Below, piece by piece: positions 21,295 through 30,704 of a stretch of DNA of 64,000 nt; positions within the stretch are counted from its first letter, which is position 1, and every line of letters starts with the position of its first letter. The notes under the pieces are model-generated. The model saw only the letters and a program-made list of their open reading frames with translations, had not been told where the DNA came from and did no database searches. The translations under genes and the position numbers were made by a program. The stretch is from Spirochaetia bacterium (GTDB taxonomy: Bacteria; Spirochaetota; Spirochaetia; CAKZLE01). The stretch is from positions 4,192,001 through 4,256,000 of the forward strand of contig OY782041.1 of the NCBI GenBank assembly GCA_963677595.1, read 5' to 3'.

Positions 21295-22293
21295 ATGAGC
21301 ACGGTAAAACTTGGTATCATCGGATGCGGGATCATAACGAAGAGGAAACACCTCCCTGCGATCACCCGGATGGGCGACGAAGTAACGGTCATCGCGGTCT
21401 GCAACAGGAGCATCGGCAAGGCACAGGAAGTCGCCGGCATACTCGCCCTCCCTGATACAGCGGTATGGACCGACTGGGAGAAGATGATAGCGGAAGTCAA
21501 GGAGCTCGATGCGGTCCTCATCGCCCTCCCGATCCCGATGAACCACCCGGTGAGCAAGGCCTGCTGTGAGGCAGGACTATCGGTCCTCTGTGAGAAACCT
21601 GCAGGTATGACGGTCGAGGAAGCCGTCGATACCGGGACGTTCTCCAAGACCTACGGGGTCACCTACATGACCGCGGAGAACTACCACTTCAAGCCAAGAC
21701 ATACGAAAGCAGTCGAGCTGGTACAGGCCGGCGCGATCGGCAAGGTCCACAGTCTGAGCTGGAACATGCTCTCCTTCATGGCAGTCGACAACAAATACAA
21801 CCAGACCCAGTGGCGAGCTGATAACAAGTACCCCGGCGGCTACGTCCTTGACGGCGGGGTACACTTCACCCATACCGTGCAGATGCTTGCTGGCCCCGTT
21901 ACCGAGGTCTTCGCAAGGACTGCCTCCGTGGACAACAGGATGGGGACCCTGGATACGGCGTTCGCCCTCCTCACCCATGCCGACGGGGCTGTTACCTCCC
22001 TAAACATGGGATGGCGTGCGGCTAACGACGACAAGGACCTCCGAATCTTCGGGAGCGAAGGATCCCTCATCATCACGGATGAGGACCTCATCCAGGTCTC
22101 CCCCACAGGGGAGCAGACAGTGATCGACCCGGGCGATGAGAACAGCTTCTACCTCATGTGGAAGGAGTTCATCAGGACCGTGAAGACAAAAGAGGCCTCC
22201 ATCATGCCGCCCGACACCCCGGTACGGGACGTGAAGGTGATCATGGGCATCCTCGAGTCAGGAAAGACGGGGAAACCGGTACCGATCAGCTGA
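21295..22293 (+). CDS. Gfo/Idh/MocA family oxidoreductase
   Basis: LGIIGCG, LCEKP, GGYVLDGGVH; AGGAG RBS. Confidence 0.92.
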   Translation: MSTVKLGIIGCGIITKRKHLPAITRMGDEVTVIAVCNRSIGKAQEVAGILALPDTAVWTDWEKMIAEVKELDAVLIALPIPMNHPVSKACCEAGLSVLCEKPAGMTVEEAVDTGTFSKTYGVTYMTAENYHFKPRHTKAVELVQAGAIGKVHSLSWNMLSFMAVDNKYNQTQWRADNKYPGGYVLDGGVHFTHTVQMLAGPVTEVFARTASVDNRMGTLDTAFALLTHADGAVTSLNMGWRAANDDKDLRIFGSEGSLIITDEDLIQVSPTGEQTVIDPGDENSFYLMWKEFIRTVKTKEASIMPPDTPVRDVKVIMGILESGKTGKPVPIS

Positions 22294-22312
22294 CCAGGAA
22301 GACCTAACAGGA

Positions 22313-22338
22313 CAGGCTGCTGCGGATGCAGCAGCCTG
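22313..22338 (+). terminator. hairpin after oxidoreductase
   Basis: CAGGCTGCTGC-ggat-GCAGCAGCCTG. Confidence 0.6.
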
Positions 22339-22407
22339 AGATATCTGCAATTTCCCCATCGATCTCAATTTCAACCCAACAGATAGTTTTCACTTGTTGT
22401 TTTATAT

Positions 22408-22490
22408 AAATTACCAAAACAGGTTGCTGTTTTGGTAATTTGTTACTGAAACAGGTTGCTGATTTGGTAATTATTGAGTACCATGTACTC
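22408..22490 (+). promoter_or_regulatory. two 32-bp-period repeats overlapping a leaderless promoter TTGCTG-17-TACCAT-6-ATG
   Basis: AAACAGGTTGCTG(T/A)TTTGGTAATT twice; the first unit is also a 15-bp perfect inverted repeat (22408..22441). Confidence 0.75.
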
Positions 22491-23891
22491 ATGGAACGAC
22501 AAGCACTATCGTACCTTGAATCATGGTACTGGAAACATACTTCAAAACCCCTGATCCTGCGTGGAGCCAGACAGGTCGGGAAGTCCACACTGGTGCGCAT
22601 GTTCTGTCAGAAGCACCAGATCGATCTCATAGAACTCGACTTCGAAACAGTCAAGCTCAGGCAGATAGAGAATGACACCTCCTTCTCCATCGAGAAGGTC
22701 CTGCAGGAGATCGAGCTTGTTACCCATACGAAGGTCTCAGAACGTTCGCTCATTTTCTTTGACGAAGTCCAAAGCCAGCCGATGGTCATCAATAGATTGC
22801 GGTATTTCTACGAGAGACGGCCCGACCTCAGGGTCATCGCAGCAGGGTCGCTGCTCGAGATCTCTTTGGAAGCTTCCCGTTTCTCCATGCCTGTAGGCAG
22901 GGTCCAGTACCTCCAGTTGGGCCCGATGTCCTTCAGTGAGTTCCTGGCAGCAAAAGGTGAGCATATCTTCCTGGAACAGCTGCAAACCAGGACCCTGCAG
23001 GATGAAGTTGATGCATCATGGCTGGAACAGGGTACCGAGCTATTAAAGGAGTTCTATTTTACCGGCGGGATGCCGGAAGCTGTCCAATGCTGGATAGATG
23101 GCGGGAGCCGTGAGGACGTACGCGATATCCAGAACGCCATACTCCAGACCTACCGGGATGATATCCCCAAGTACACCAGGAACAACGAGTACTTGCGAGT
23201 CACTGAAGTCTTCGAGTATACAGCTTCGCATCTGGGTGAGAAAGTCACATTCTCAGACGTAGCTGCTGTCCATTCACAAAGTGTGAAGGCTGCGATCGAC
23301 CTGCTTGCGAAAGCTGGTGTAATCATCAAGACCACATTCAATCACTGCAACGGACTACCCCTCTCTGCCGGAACGAACCCATCGACCTTGAAACTCTTCT
23401 TTCTCGATATCGGGCTCTACAATGCACTGCTTGAAACCCGATGGGGAGACATCTTCAGCCTGACTCCTGAGACAGTCTTGACGAGAGGTTCTATGGCCGA
23501 ACAGTTCATCGCACAGCACCTGAAAGGTTTCAACACCAGGAATCCTGCTCCAGAACTCTATTATTGGCTGAACAACAGAAGAAAAGGGGCAGCGGAAGTC
23601 GATTTCATCTATTCCCATGGGGGAACGATCTTCCCTATCGAGGTCAAGGCAGGAAAAACAGGAAAAATGAAGTCCCTGTGGAAATACATCGAATTGAAGC
23701 ACCCTGAGTATGTAGTCAAAGTAGATCTTGCAGAGAGAAGGAACCGGGTATCACGGGTAACGCACAAGACCCCGGCTTCAGATGGTGACAGGGAGCTTTC
23801 CTGTACCCTCATTGGCCTGCCACTATTCGAGATCGAGAGACTCATCGGGTTTCTCGACCAGCTCGACTCCGCTGCCATCGGGGATATCTAA
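22491..23891 (+). CDS. AAA+ ATPase with DUF4143 / C-terminal PD-(D/E)xK-like domain (COG1373 type)
   Basis: GARQVGKS, FFDEVQ, AAGSLL, TGGMPE, FFLDIGL, EVDF...PIEVKAG. Confidence 0.9.
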   Translation: MERQALSYLESWYWKHTSKPLILRGARQVGKSTLVRMFCQKHQIDLIELDFETVKLRQIENDTSFSIEKVLQEIELVTHTKVSERSLIFFDEVQSQPMVINRLRYFYERRPDLRVIAAGSLLEISLEASRFSMPVGRVQYLQLGPMSFSEFLAAKGEHIFLEQLQTRTLQDEVDASWLEQGTELLKEFYFTGGMPEAVQCWIDGGSREDVRDIQNAILQTYRDDIPKYTRNNEYLRVTEVFEYTASHLGEKVTFSDVAAVHSQSVKAAIDLLAKAGVIIKTTFNHCNGLPLSAGTNPSTLKLFFLDIGLYNALLETRWGDIFSLTPETVLTRGSMAEQFIAQHLKGFNTRNPAPELYYWLNNRRKGAAEVDFIYSHGGTIFPIEVKAGKTGKMKSLWKYIELKHPEYVVKVDLAERRNRVSRVTHKTPASDGDRELSCTLIGLPLFEIERLIGFLDQLDSAAIGDI

Positions 23892-24784
23892 TACAACCCT
23901 GCCGCCTGCCTGTCCTGCGATGGGGCTACCCCGAAGCAACGCTTGTACTCCCTGCTGAACTGGGAAGGACTCTCATAGCCTACCCGCATGGCAGCCACAT
24001 TTGCCTTCTCTCCCTCCTGCTGCAGGAGTTCCTTAGCCTTATGAAGCCGAATGTTCTTGACGTACTGCAGCGGGGAGGTGCTGGTCATGTTCTTGAACAT
24101 GGCATAGAACGCGGTCGTGCTCATGCCGGCCTCTCGTGCAAGATCCTGCATCTCGAAGGGCTGGGCATAGTGCTCATGCATGGTGTTGATCACCCGGGCC
24201 ATCTGGTAGAAGCCCCGGTCACGGTGTGCCAGCTCCTGCAGGCTCGCACCGTGTTCCCCGATGAGGATCTTGTAGAGCACCTCCTTCAGGAAGACCGGCC
24301 CGAGGACGTTCATGTCGTTCTTGGACCTGAGGGTCCCAAGGAGCCTGTTAACGGCATCTAGGATTTCCTCCGTGATCGCTGCATCATAGAGGCTCTCACT
24401 TGCCTTTCGGGACAATGGTGGATCAGACTCCATCTCGAAGAGGATCTCACCGATGATCTTCGGGTCGATCCTGATCACCATCCCCAGCATCGGCTTACCA
24501 TCCTCGATGACCGCCTCGCACTCAACCGGGAGGGGCACCGTCTGCACATAGTAGTGATAGGGATCGTAGACATACATCTTCTCACCGAGATAGATGTTCT
24601 TCTTTCCCTGGGCAAGCAGGATAATCTGAGGATGATAGAGATTCGGTTTCTTCTTGTAGGCTGATTCCGTCCTGAAGATCCCGACTCCTTCTATCCCGAC
24701 AGGATAGACACCCTCTTTCGGGAGCAGCTCCTGTAACAGCTTCCTCATGGCAGCAATACCCTTTTCCATACACACCTCGATCAT
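23888..24784 (-). CDS. AraC family regulator (AraC_N, YqhC-like)
   Basis: SPLQYVKNIRL, VGYESPSQFSREYKRCFG. Confidence 0.93.
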   Translation of the reverse strand: MIEVCMEKGIAAMRKLLQELLPKEGVYPVGIEGVGIFRTESAYKKKPNLYHPQIILLAQGKKNIYLGEKMYVYDPYHYYVQTVPLPVECEAVIEDGKPMLGMVIRIDPKIIGEILFEMESDPPLSRKASESLYDAAITEEILDAVNRLLGTLRSKNDMNVLGPVFLKEVLYKILIGEHGASLQELAHRDRGFYQMARVINTMHEHYAQPFEMQDLAREAGMSTTAFYAMFKNMTSTSPLQYVKNIRLHKAKELLQQEGEKANVAAMRVGYESPSQFSREYKRCFGVAPSQDRQAAGLY

Positions 24785-24851
24785 TAGTGACTCTCATCAC
24801 CTATTATGCACAGTTTGTACAATTAATGAATATATTCTTGTATGAATATGA

Positions 24852-24912
24852 AAGAATAGGCAAGTTTTTTGTAGTATCTGATATTCTTTCCCATACATAC
24901 CTGCAGTATGGT
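24852..24912 (+). promoter_or_regulatory. conserved activator-type promoter motif, copy 1
   Basis: AAGAATAGGCAA-N16-GATATTC-N20-TATGGT. Confidence 0.7.
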
Positions 24913-24999
24913 ATGTATGGGTCCTTCTCAGGTAAGTACCATATACTTCCTGGAGGATATAAGGCAATTCGCGAACAACCATCAGGAGTTTAAACTGGC

Positions 25000-25707
25000 T
25001 TGAACGTATCATTGAAAATAAAGATAGTTGTAGATGTCTCCATGACGTTATCCCTCATTATACTCATGGGATACATGCTGACCGGCGATCTCGCCCATGA
25101 GATCATCGGGACCGTCATGATCGCTCTCTGGGTCCTCCATACAGGGCTCAATCGGAGATGGTACTCTTCGGTGATCAGGAGCAGCTACCCGCCGAAGCGG
25201 GTCATCGGCACGATCATCAACCTGCTGCTCGTCGTGACGATGGCAGGGCTCATCATCAGCAGCGTCATGCTCTCGACCTATATCTTCGGATTCCTTGGAA
25301 TCGAGAGAGGTATGGCCTTTGCCCGCACCCTCCATATGGTTACCTCCTACTGGAGCCTGGTCCTCATATCGCTCCATATCGGCATGCATTGGAGCAGGAT
25401 GGCGAAGATCATCAGGAACCATGCACATGCACAATCATCACCGATACGTTCAGCGCTAGGGCATATACTGGCGGTTATGGTATCGATCTACGGGCTGTAT
25501 GCCTTCATCAGTCAGAGGATAGCATCGTACCTCTTCCTTCGAACCCAGTTCGTCTTCTTCGATTTCGAACAGTCCCCGCTCTCATTCTTCTCGGAGTATA
25601 TCGCGATGATCATCCTCTTTGCCGCGATCACCTATTACCTATCAACCATCCTGACAAAAGTCAGCATACCAGGGAGGAGACAGCCATGCTGCACAGAAGA
25701 AGACTGA
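25000..25707 (+). CDS. DUF4405 membrane protein (cytochrome b-like)
   Basis: HEIIG...LH..LN..W and LH..TSYW...LHIGMHW histidine pattern. Confidence 0.8.
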   Translation: MNVSLKIKIVVDVSMTLSLIILMGYMLTGDLAHEIIGTVMIALWVLHTGLNRRWYSSVIRSSYPPKRVIGTIINLLLVVTMAGLIISSVMLSTYIFGFLGIERGMAFARTLHMVTSYWSLVLISLHIGMHWSRMAKIIRNHAHAQSSPIRSALGHILAVMVSIYGLYAFISQRIASYLFLRTQFVFFDFEQSPLSFFSEYIAMIILFAAITYYLSTILTKVSIPGRRQPCCTEED

Positions 25708-26363
25708 ACATACTGATCCCGATATTCCTCATGACTTCCCTGCTGCTCAGTGCAGCAGGGCAGGACCGGGTCCTCATCGCCTATTTCACCTGGGCTGAGA
25801 ACACAGAGATCATCGACCGCGATAAAGCCATCCGGGACGCCAACAGCCATATCTTCAGTGTCGAGAGGGGCTCCGGCGTGGATGCCACAACAACTGCGAG
25901 CGTGATCCCTCCTGGGAACACGACACAGCTCGCACGCTGGATCGGAAAAGCCACCGGCGGGGACCTCTACTCGATCAGGGTTGAAGAGCCTTACTCCTGC
26001 TATTGGGATGCATGCCTCGACCGGGCATACCAGGAGGAACGACGAAATGAGCGGCCGGAGCTCTCAGGGAACGTCGGGAATATGGAAGCGTATGACGTGG
26101 TCTTCCTTGGCTTCCCTACCTGGTGGTACACCATCCCGATGGCGGTAGCGCACTTCGTGGAGTCCCACGACCTTTCGGGGAAGAGGGTCGTCCCCTTCGT
26201 CACACACGGGACCAGCGGGACTGCGAGGACGATCAGGGATTTATCAAGGCTCCTACCCCGCTCGGTCATGCTGGAGGAAGAGATAGGGATCTATCGTTCA
26301 CAGATGGGTTCAGCCCGACCGAAGGTCGAGGCTTGGCTGGAGGGACTTGGTTATGACACGTAA
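25686..26363 (+). CDS. flavodoxin with signal peptide
   Basis: LIAYFT, GNT, YDVVFLGFPTWW, PFVTHG; start re-assigned to ATG 25686. Confidence 0.85.
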   Translation: MLHRRRLNILIPIFLMTSLLLSAAGQDRVLIAYFTWAENTEIIDRDKAIRDANSHIFSVERGSGVDATTTASVIPPGNTTQLARWIGKATGGDLYSIRVEEPYSCYWDACLDRAYQEERRNERPELSGNVGNMEAYDVVFLGFPTWWYTIPMAVAHFVESHDLSGKRVVPFVTHGTSGTARTIRDLSRLLPRSVMLEEEIGIYRSQMGSARPKVEAWLEGLGYDT

Positions 26364-26967
26364 TATCCGTCACATGTATATTCGAATGCTGGTGCTCATC
26401 TTACCATTCGTCCTGCTGCAGGCAGGGGCGATCCAGGCTCAAAGCCTCATCGCCTACTACCCGACCTCTAACTCCATGAACCTTACCGGAGAGGTGGATG
26501 CAGTCACCTATGCGAGCGGGAACACCCTCTCGATGGTCAGGACCATCCGAAAGTACACAGATGCAGATCTCTTCGAGATCGAGCTAAGCACCCCCTACTC
26601 CTCCAGCTACAACACCGTCCTCAGGGAAGCCAAGGATGACCAGAAGATCCAGGCCCGGCCGGAACTCAAACGGCATGTCCAGGATATAGGACGGTATGAT
26701 ACGGTCTTTCTCGGTTATCCCAACTGGTGGGCCTCCATACCGATGCCGATAGCATCATTCCTTGAGGATCATGACCTGTCGGGTAAGACGATCATTCCCT
26801 TCTGCACCCATGGCGGGGGGAGGTTCGGCCAGAGCGTCTCGGCCATCGGCAAGCTTGCCCCGACCTCAGTGATCGGGGAACCGTTGGCAGTAAGCTACGG
26901 CGGAGGGGCTTCCTTGGACAGGGATATACGCAGGTGGCTGGAAGACAATGGAGTATCCTTGCCATGA
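26353..26967 (+). CDS. flavodoxin with signal peptide
   Basis: GNT, YDTVFLGYPNWWA, PFCTHGGG. Confidence 0.87.
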   Translation: MTRNIRHMYIRMLVLILPFVLLQAGAIQAQSLIAYYPTSNSMNLTGEVDAVTYASGNTLSMVRTIRKYTDADLFEIELSTPYSSSYNTVLREAKDDQKIQARPELKRHVQDIGRYDTVFLGYPNWWASIPMPIASFLEDHDLSGKTIIPFCTHGGGRFGQSVSAIGKLAPTSVIGEPLAVSYGGGASLDRDIRRWLEDNGVSLP

Positions 26968-27845
26968 AACCAAAGACAATGAAACACGTTATCATGCTTG
27001 TCCTGCTCCTCACCGCGCCCCTCGCTGTATCAGCGAGCGGTTCCCGGGAAGCTGATACGGCTCCCGTTGAGCATTCCATGGTATCTATCCAGGGGGGGAC
27101 CTTCTTCATGGGAAGCCCGGAGGATGAGATGTGGCGGGAACCAGACGAAACCCTCCATGAGGTGACCGTGAAGGGCTTCTCCATCAGCAGGTATGAGGTG
27201 ACACAGGATGAGTATAAGGAAGTCACCGGAGAGAACCCCAGTCAGTTCCAGGGGCAGGGACTGCCCGTAGAGAACGTGAGCTGGTATGAAGCAGTCGCCT
27301 ACTGCAACAGTTTGAGCGAGCGCGAGGGCCTGCAGCCTGCGTACCGCATCGACGGGAAACAGGTAACCTGGGATGAAGGGGCTGACGGGTATCGACTGCC
27401 GACGGAGGCCGAATGGGAGTATGCCTGCAGGGCAGGGACAACCACCCCGTTCAGTACCGGGAGTAATATAGCGGTCGATGAAGCCAACTATTTCGGCACC
27501 TATCCCTATACGATAGAGGATCATTACTTCTCCCAGCAGGATATGGAGACGGCTCCAGGGGTTTACCGGGAACGAACAGTCCCGGTTGGGGAGTTCGAAC
27601 CCAACGACTGGGGATTGTACGATATGCACGGGAACGTGAGTGAGTGGTGCTTTGACCGATACGGGACATATCCTGCAGAAACGCAGGCAGACCCGTCAGG
27701 CCCAGCGGTTGGATCGCTGCGCATATGCCGCGGCGGCGGCTGGAACGATTTCGGAAAGCACCTCCGTTCAGCGTTCAGGTCAGCGATACCGTCGACCGAC
27801 CGGTTCCCAAGTCGGGGCTTCAGGGTAGCACGCAGCAGCAATTGA
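26964..27845 (+). CDS. formylglycine-generating enzyme (SUMF1) family protein, exported
   Basis: GGTFFMGS, YRLPTEAEWEYA, GLYDMHGNVSEWC, GFRVAR. Confidence 0.9.
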   Translation: MKPKTMKHVIMLVLLLTAPLAVSASGSREADTAPVEHSMVSIQGGTFFMGSPEDEMWREPDETLHEVTVKGFSISRYEVTQDEYKEVTGENPSQFQGQGLPVENVSWYEAVAYCNSLSEREGLQPAYRIDGKQVTWDEGADGYRLPTEAEWEYACRAGTTTPFSTGSNIAVDEANYFGTYPYTIEDHYFSQQDMETAPGVYRERTVPVGEFEPNDWGLYDMHGNVSEWCFDRYGTYPAETQADPSGPAVGSLRICRGGGWNDFGKHLRSAFRSAIPSTDRFPSRGFRVARSSN

Positions 27846-27866
27846 CAACATAAGGAGAACTACAAC

Positions 27867-28730
27867 ATGGACATCTATAACAACAGGACGCTCGACGAGG
27901 AACGGGCTCTCTACGGGATCCGTGAGGCACTTGTGGAATCCTGCAGGTTCGCAGGTCCGGCAGATGGGGAATCGGCCCTGAAGGAGAGCGAGAATATCAC
28001 GGTGAGGGACTGCGAATTCCAGCTGCGGTATCCCTTCTGGCACAGCAGGAAAGCCCTTGTCGAGGACTGCACACTAACAGATACGGCACGGGCGGCTTTC
28101 TGGTACTGTGAGGATATAACCCTGGCACGATGCAGCCTGATGGGAATCAAGGCACTCCGGGAGTGCCGGGACTTCTCCCTGGAAGACTGCACCATCGAGT
28201 CGATGGAGTTCGGATGGCTCTCAAGAGGCGGGAGCATAAAAGAAAGCAGCCTCGTATCAGAATACCCGTTCTTCCAAGCAGAGGATATGCGGATCACCGG
28301 ACTCACGATGGAAGGGAAGTACTCATTCCAGTACGTGAACGATATTGAGATCAGGGATTCCAATCTCAACACAAAGGACGCCTTCTGGCACAGCCGGAAC
28401 GTGACGGTCTATGACAGCATCATCAAAGGCGAGTATCTCGGGTGGTACTCGGAGGGCCTGACGCTCGTGAACTGCACGATCATCGGCACACAGCCCCTCT
28501 GCTACGCAAAGGACCTGACGCTGACAGACTGCAGGATGATCGACTGCGATCTCTCCTTCGAGAAGAGCGAGGTCAATGCCGTGATCAAGGGCCATATCAC
28601 CAGTGTCAAGAACCCGGCAGGAGGATGTATCTCCGCGGGGAGCATAGGCGAAGTCATAACGGATGTTCCTGCAGCGGATTCCTGCAGGATCGTGACCATG
28701 GATGTAACTTTTTCCAGGGAATATGCTTGA
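27867..28730 (+). CDS. DUF3737 family beta-helix protein
   Basis: ERALY, DGESALKE, RYPFWH, GKYSFQY, TKDAFW, GEYLGW, GTQPLCY. Confidence 0.88.
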   Translation: MDIYNNRTLDEERALYGIREALVESCRFAGPADGESALKESENITVRDCEFQLRYPFWHSRKALVEDCTLTDTARAAFWYCEDITLARCSLMGIKALRECRDFSLEDCTIESMEFGWLSRGGSIKESSLVSEYPFFQAEDMRITGLTMEGKYSFQYVNDIEIRDSNLNTKDAFWHSRNVTVYDSIIKGEYLGWYSEGLTLVNCTIIGTQPLCYAKDLTLTDCRMIDCDLSFEKSEVNAVIKGHITSVKNPAGGCISAGSIGEVITDVPAADSCRIVTMDVTFSREYA

Positions 28731-28758
28731 TCCCTAGAGTAGAAATGGAGGAACTAGT

Positions 28759-29667
28759 ATGATTCTGAATGAAACTTGTACGCTATCGAATGGAGTGGAG
28801 ATCCCAAGACTAGGTCTCGGTACCTGGTTCATCAGCAATAAGGGCGTGGTGAACGCAGTCACAGAAGCCGTACGTATCGGCTATAGGCAGATTGACACGG
28901 CTCAGGCATACAGGAACGAACAAGGGGTCGGTACTGGGGTAAGGTCTTGTGGTATCGGGCGCGATGAGCTGTTCATCACCACCAAGCTTGCTGCAGGAGT
29001 GAAGACTTACAAGAAGGCTGCGGCATCGATAGATTCCTCACTCAAGAAGATGGGTCTCGATCATATCGATATGATGCTCATCCACAGTCCCCAACCCTGG
29101 ACGAAATATCATGGGGAAGATCGCTTCTTAGACGGGAACAGAGAAGCGTGGCGGGCTCTTGAGGCTGCCTATACAGCCGGGAAACTCAGGGCTATCGGGG
29201 TTTCGAACTTCGAGAAACCCGATCTTGATAACATCCTTGCATCATGTTCAGTGAGTCCGATGGTGAATCAGATCCTCGCCCATATCAGCAATACACCCAC
29301 TGAACTCATTCGATACACACAGAGCAAAGGTATATTTGTCGAAGCGCATTCTCCCATCGGTCACGGGGAACTGCTGAAGAATACTGACGTTCAAAAGATC
29401 GCTGATAGGTATGAAGTCAGTATCCCACAGTTAAGTATCCGATATGATCTCCAGCTCGGACTGCTTCCCCGTCCAAAGACTACCAATCCTGAACATATGA
29501 AGAGTAATGCAGAGGTTGATTTTGTCATTACGGAAGAGGATATGGAATTACTTATGAATATCGAACAGATAAAAAATTATGGTAATGCAAGCATGATGCC
29601 GGTGTACGGGGGTCAGCTGAACCTAAAATCCGTGCTGTCAATGATCATCCCGGGGAAACGGGATTAG
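28759..29667 (+). CDS. aldo/keto reductase
   Basis: LGLGTW, IDTAQAY, TTK, LIHSP, IGVSNF. Confidence 0.93.
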   Translation: MILNETCTLSNGVEIPRLGLGTWFISNKGVVNAVTEAVRIGYRQIDTAQAYRNEQGVGTGVRSCGIGRDELFITTKLAAGVKTYKKAAASIDSSLKKMGLDHIDMMLIHSPQPWTKYHGEDRFLDGNREAWRALEAAYTAGKLRAIGVSNFEKPDLDNILASCSVSPMVNQILAHISNTPTELIRYTQSKGIFVEAHSPIGHGELLKNTDVQKIADRYEVSIPQLSIRYDLQLGLLPRPKTTNPEHMKSNAEVDFVITEEDMELLMNIEQIKNYGNASMMPVYGGQLNLKSVLSMIIPGKRD

Positions 29668-29785
29668 CACGCTGAAGGTGGTAACATCGGAACGGACGCA
29701 AATTCAGCCGATTGCGTATATATACTAAATGCATGTATTTTGCATGTATATTGCATTTTTAGGACATATTCTTACTCTATAATGT

Positions 29786-29846
29786 AAGAATAGGCAATGT
29801 TTATGTGAGATTAGATATTCTAAATCCTCATCACATCTACTATGGT
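29786..29846 (+). promoter_or_regulatory. conserved activator-type promoter motif, copy 2
   Basis: AAGAATAGGCAA-N16-GATATTC-N20-TATGGT. Confidence 0.7.
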
Positions 29847-29895
29847 ATGTATGCAGACGTATAGGATAACGCTGATTACGAAGTACGAGGAGTAT

Positions 29896-30657
29896 ATGAT
29901 GAACAGAATACAGAAGAGTGAAGTAAAGATACAGGAACTGTTCGGGGAGAGTGGATCTCCGGCAGGCACGGTCGACCAGGAGTTCGAGGAGATCATGAAC
30001 CGGTTCACCTACGGCGATGTAGCCTGCCAGGGGAACCTGACAGACCGGATGCGGGAACTGATCACTATCGTCGTGCTGACTGCGAGCCAGCTGCCGATCG
30101 AGCTCAGGGACCATGTCGGGGCAGCCCTGAACGCAGGAGCGACCCCGGTAGAGATCATTGAGGCAGTCTTTCAGTGCGCCCCCTATACCGGGTTCCCGAA
30201 AGCCAGGCAGGCTTTGTACCTGGCCAATGAGGTGATGTTGAAGAAAGGGGTCACCATCCCGGTCGAGAGCCAGAAGCAGGTTACCGAGGAGAGCAGGTTC
30301 GATGAGGGACTGAAGGTCCAGAAGTCCATCTTCGGCAATATCATCGACCAGATGCACCAGAACGCACCGCAAGAGCTCAAGCATATTCAGCAGTACTTGT
30401 CAGCCTTCTGCTTCGGCGATATCTATACACGAAGCGGACTGAACCTCCAGGAGAGGGAACTGCTCACCTTGAGCATCCTCATCTCACTGGGAGGCTGCGA
30501 GAGCCAGGTGAAGTCCCACATCTTCGGGAACATGAGTGTCGGCAACACCAGGGAGACCCTGATCGCGGCAATCACTGCATGCCTGCCCTATATCGGGTTC
30601 CCCAGGACACTGAACGCATTGACCAGCCTGAATGAAGTCATGCCTGAACAGGGCTGA
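29896..30657 (+). CDS. carboxymuconolactone decarboxylase family protein (two domains)
   Basis: RELIT...PYTGFP and ERELLT...PYIGFPR repeats. Confidence 0.9.
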   Translation: MMNRIQKSEVKIQELFGESGSPAGTVDQEFEEIMNRFTYGDVACQGNLTDRMRELITIVVLTASQLPIELRDHVGAALNAGATPVEIIEAVFQCAPYTGFPKARQALYLANEVMLKKGVTIPVESQKQVTEESRFDEGLKVQKSIFGNIIDQMHQNAPQELKHIQQYLSAFCFGDIYTRSGLNLQERELLTLSILISLGGCESQVKSHIFGNMSVGNTRETLIAAITACLPYIGFPRTLNALTSLNEVMPEQG

Positions 30658-30704
30658 GCAGCACCAAGTCAAAGACATACTCGAACGATCATGAGGAGAT
30701 CTGA

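Noticed and set aside
22408-22474. Palindromic 32-bp repeats as a mini-CRISPR array
   Set aside because: Only two abutting units, no spacer and no cas genes; they overlap a promoter and fit operators better.
25158-25685. N-terminal 176 aa of the 401-aa ORF, suggesting a fusion
   Set aside because: Alternative frame of the DUF4405 gene; the flavodoxin starts at ATG 25686 behind a GGAGGAG RBS.
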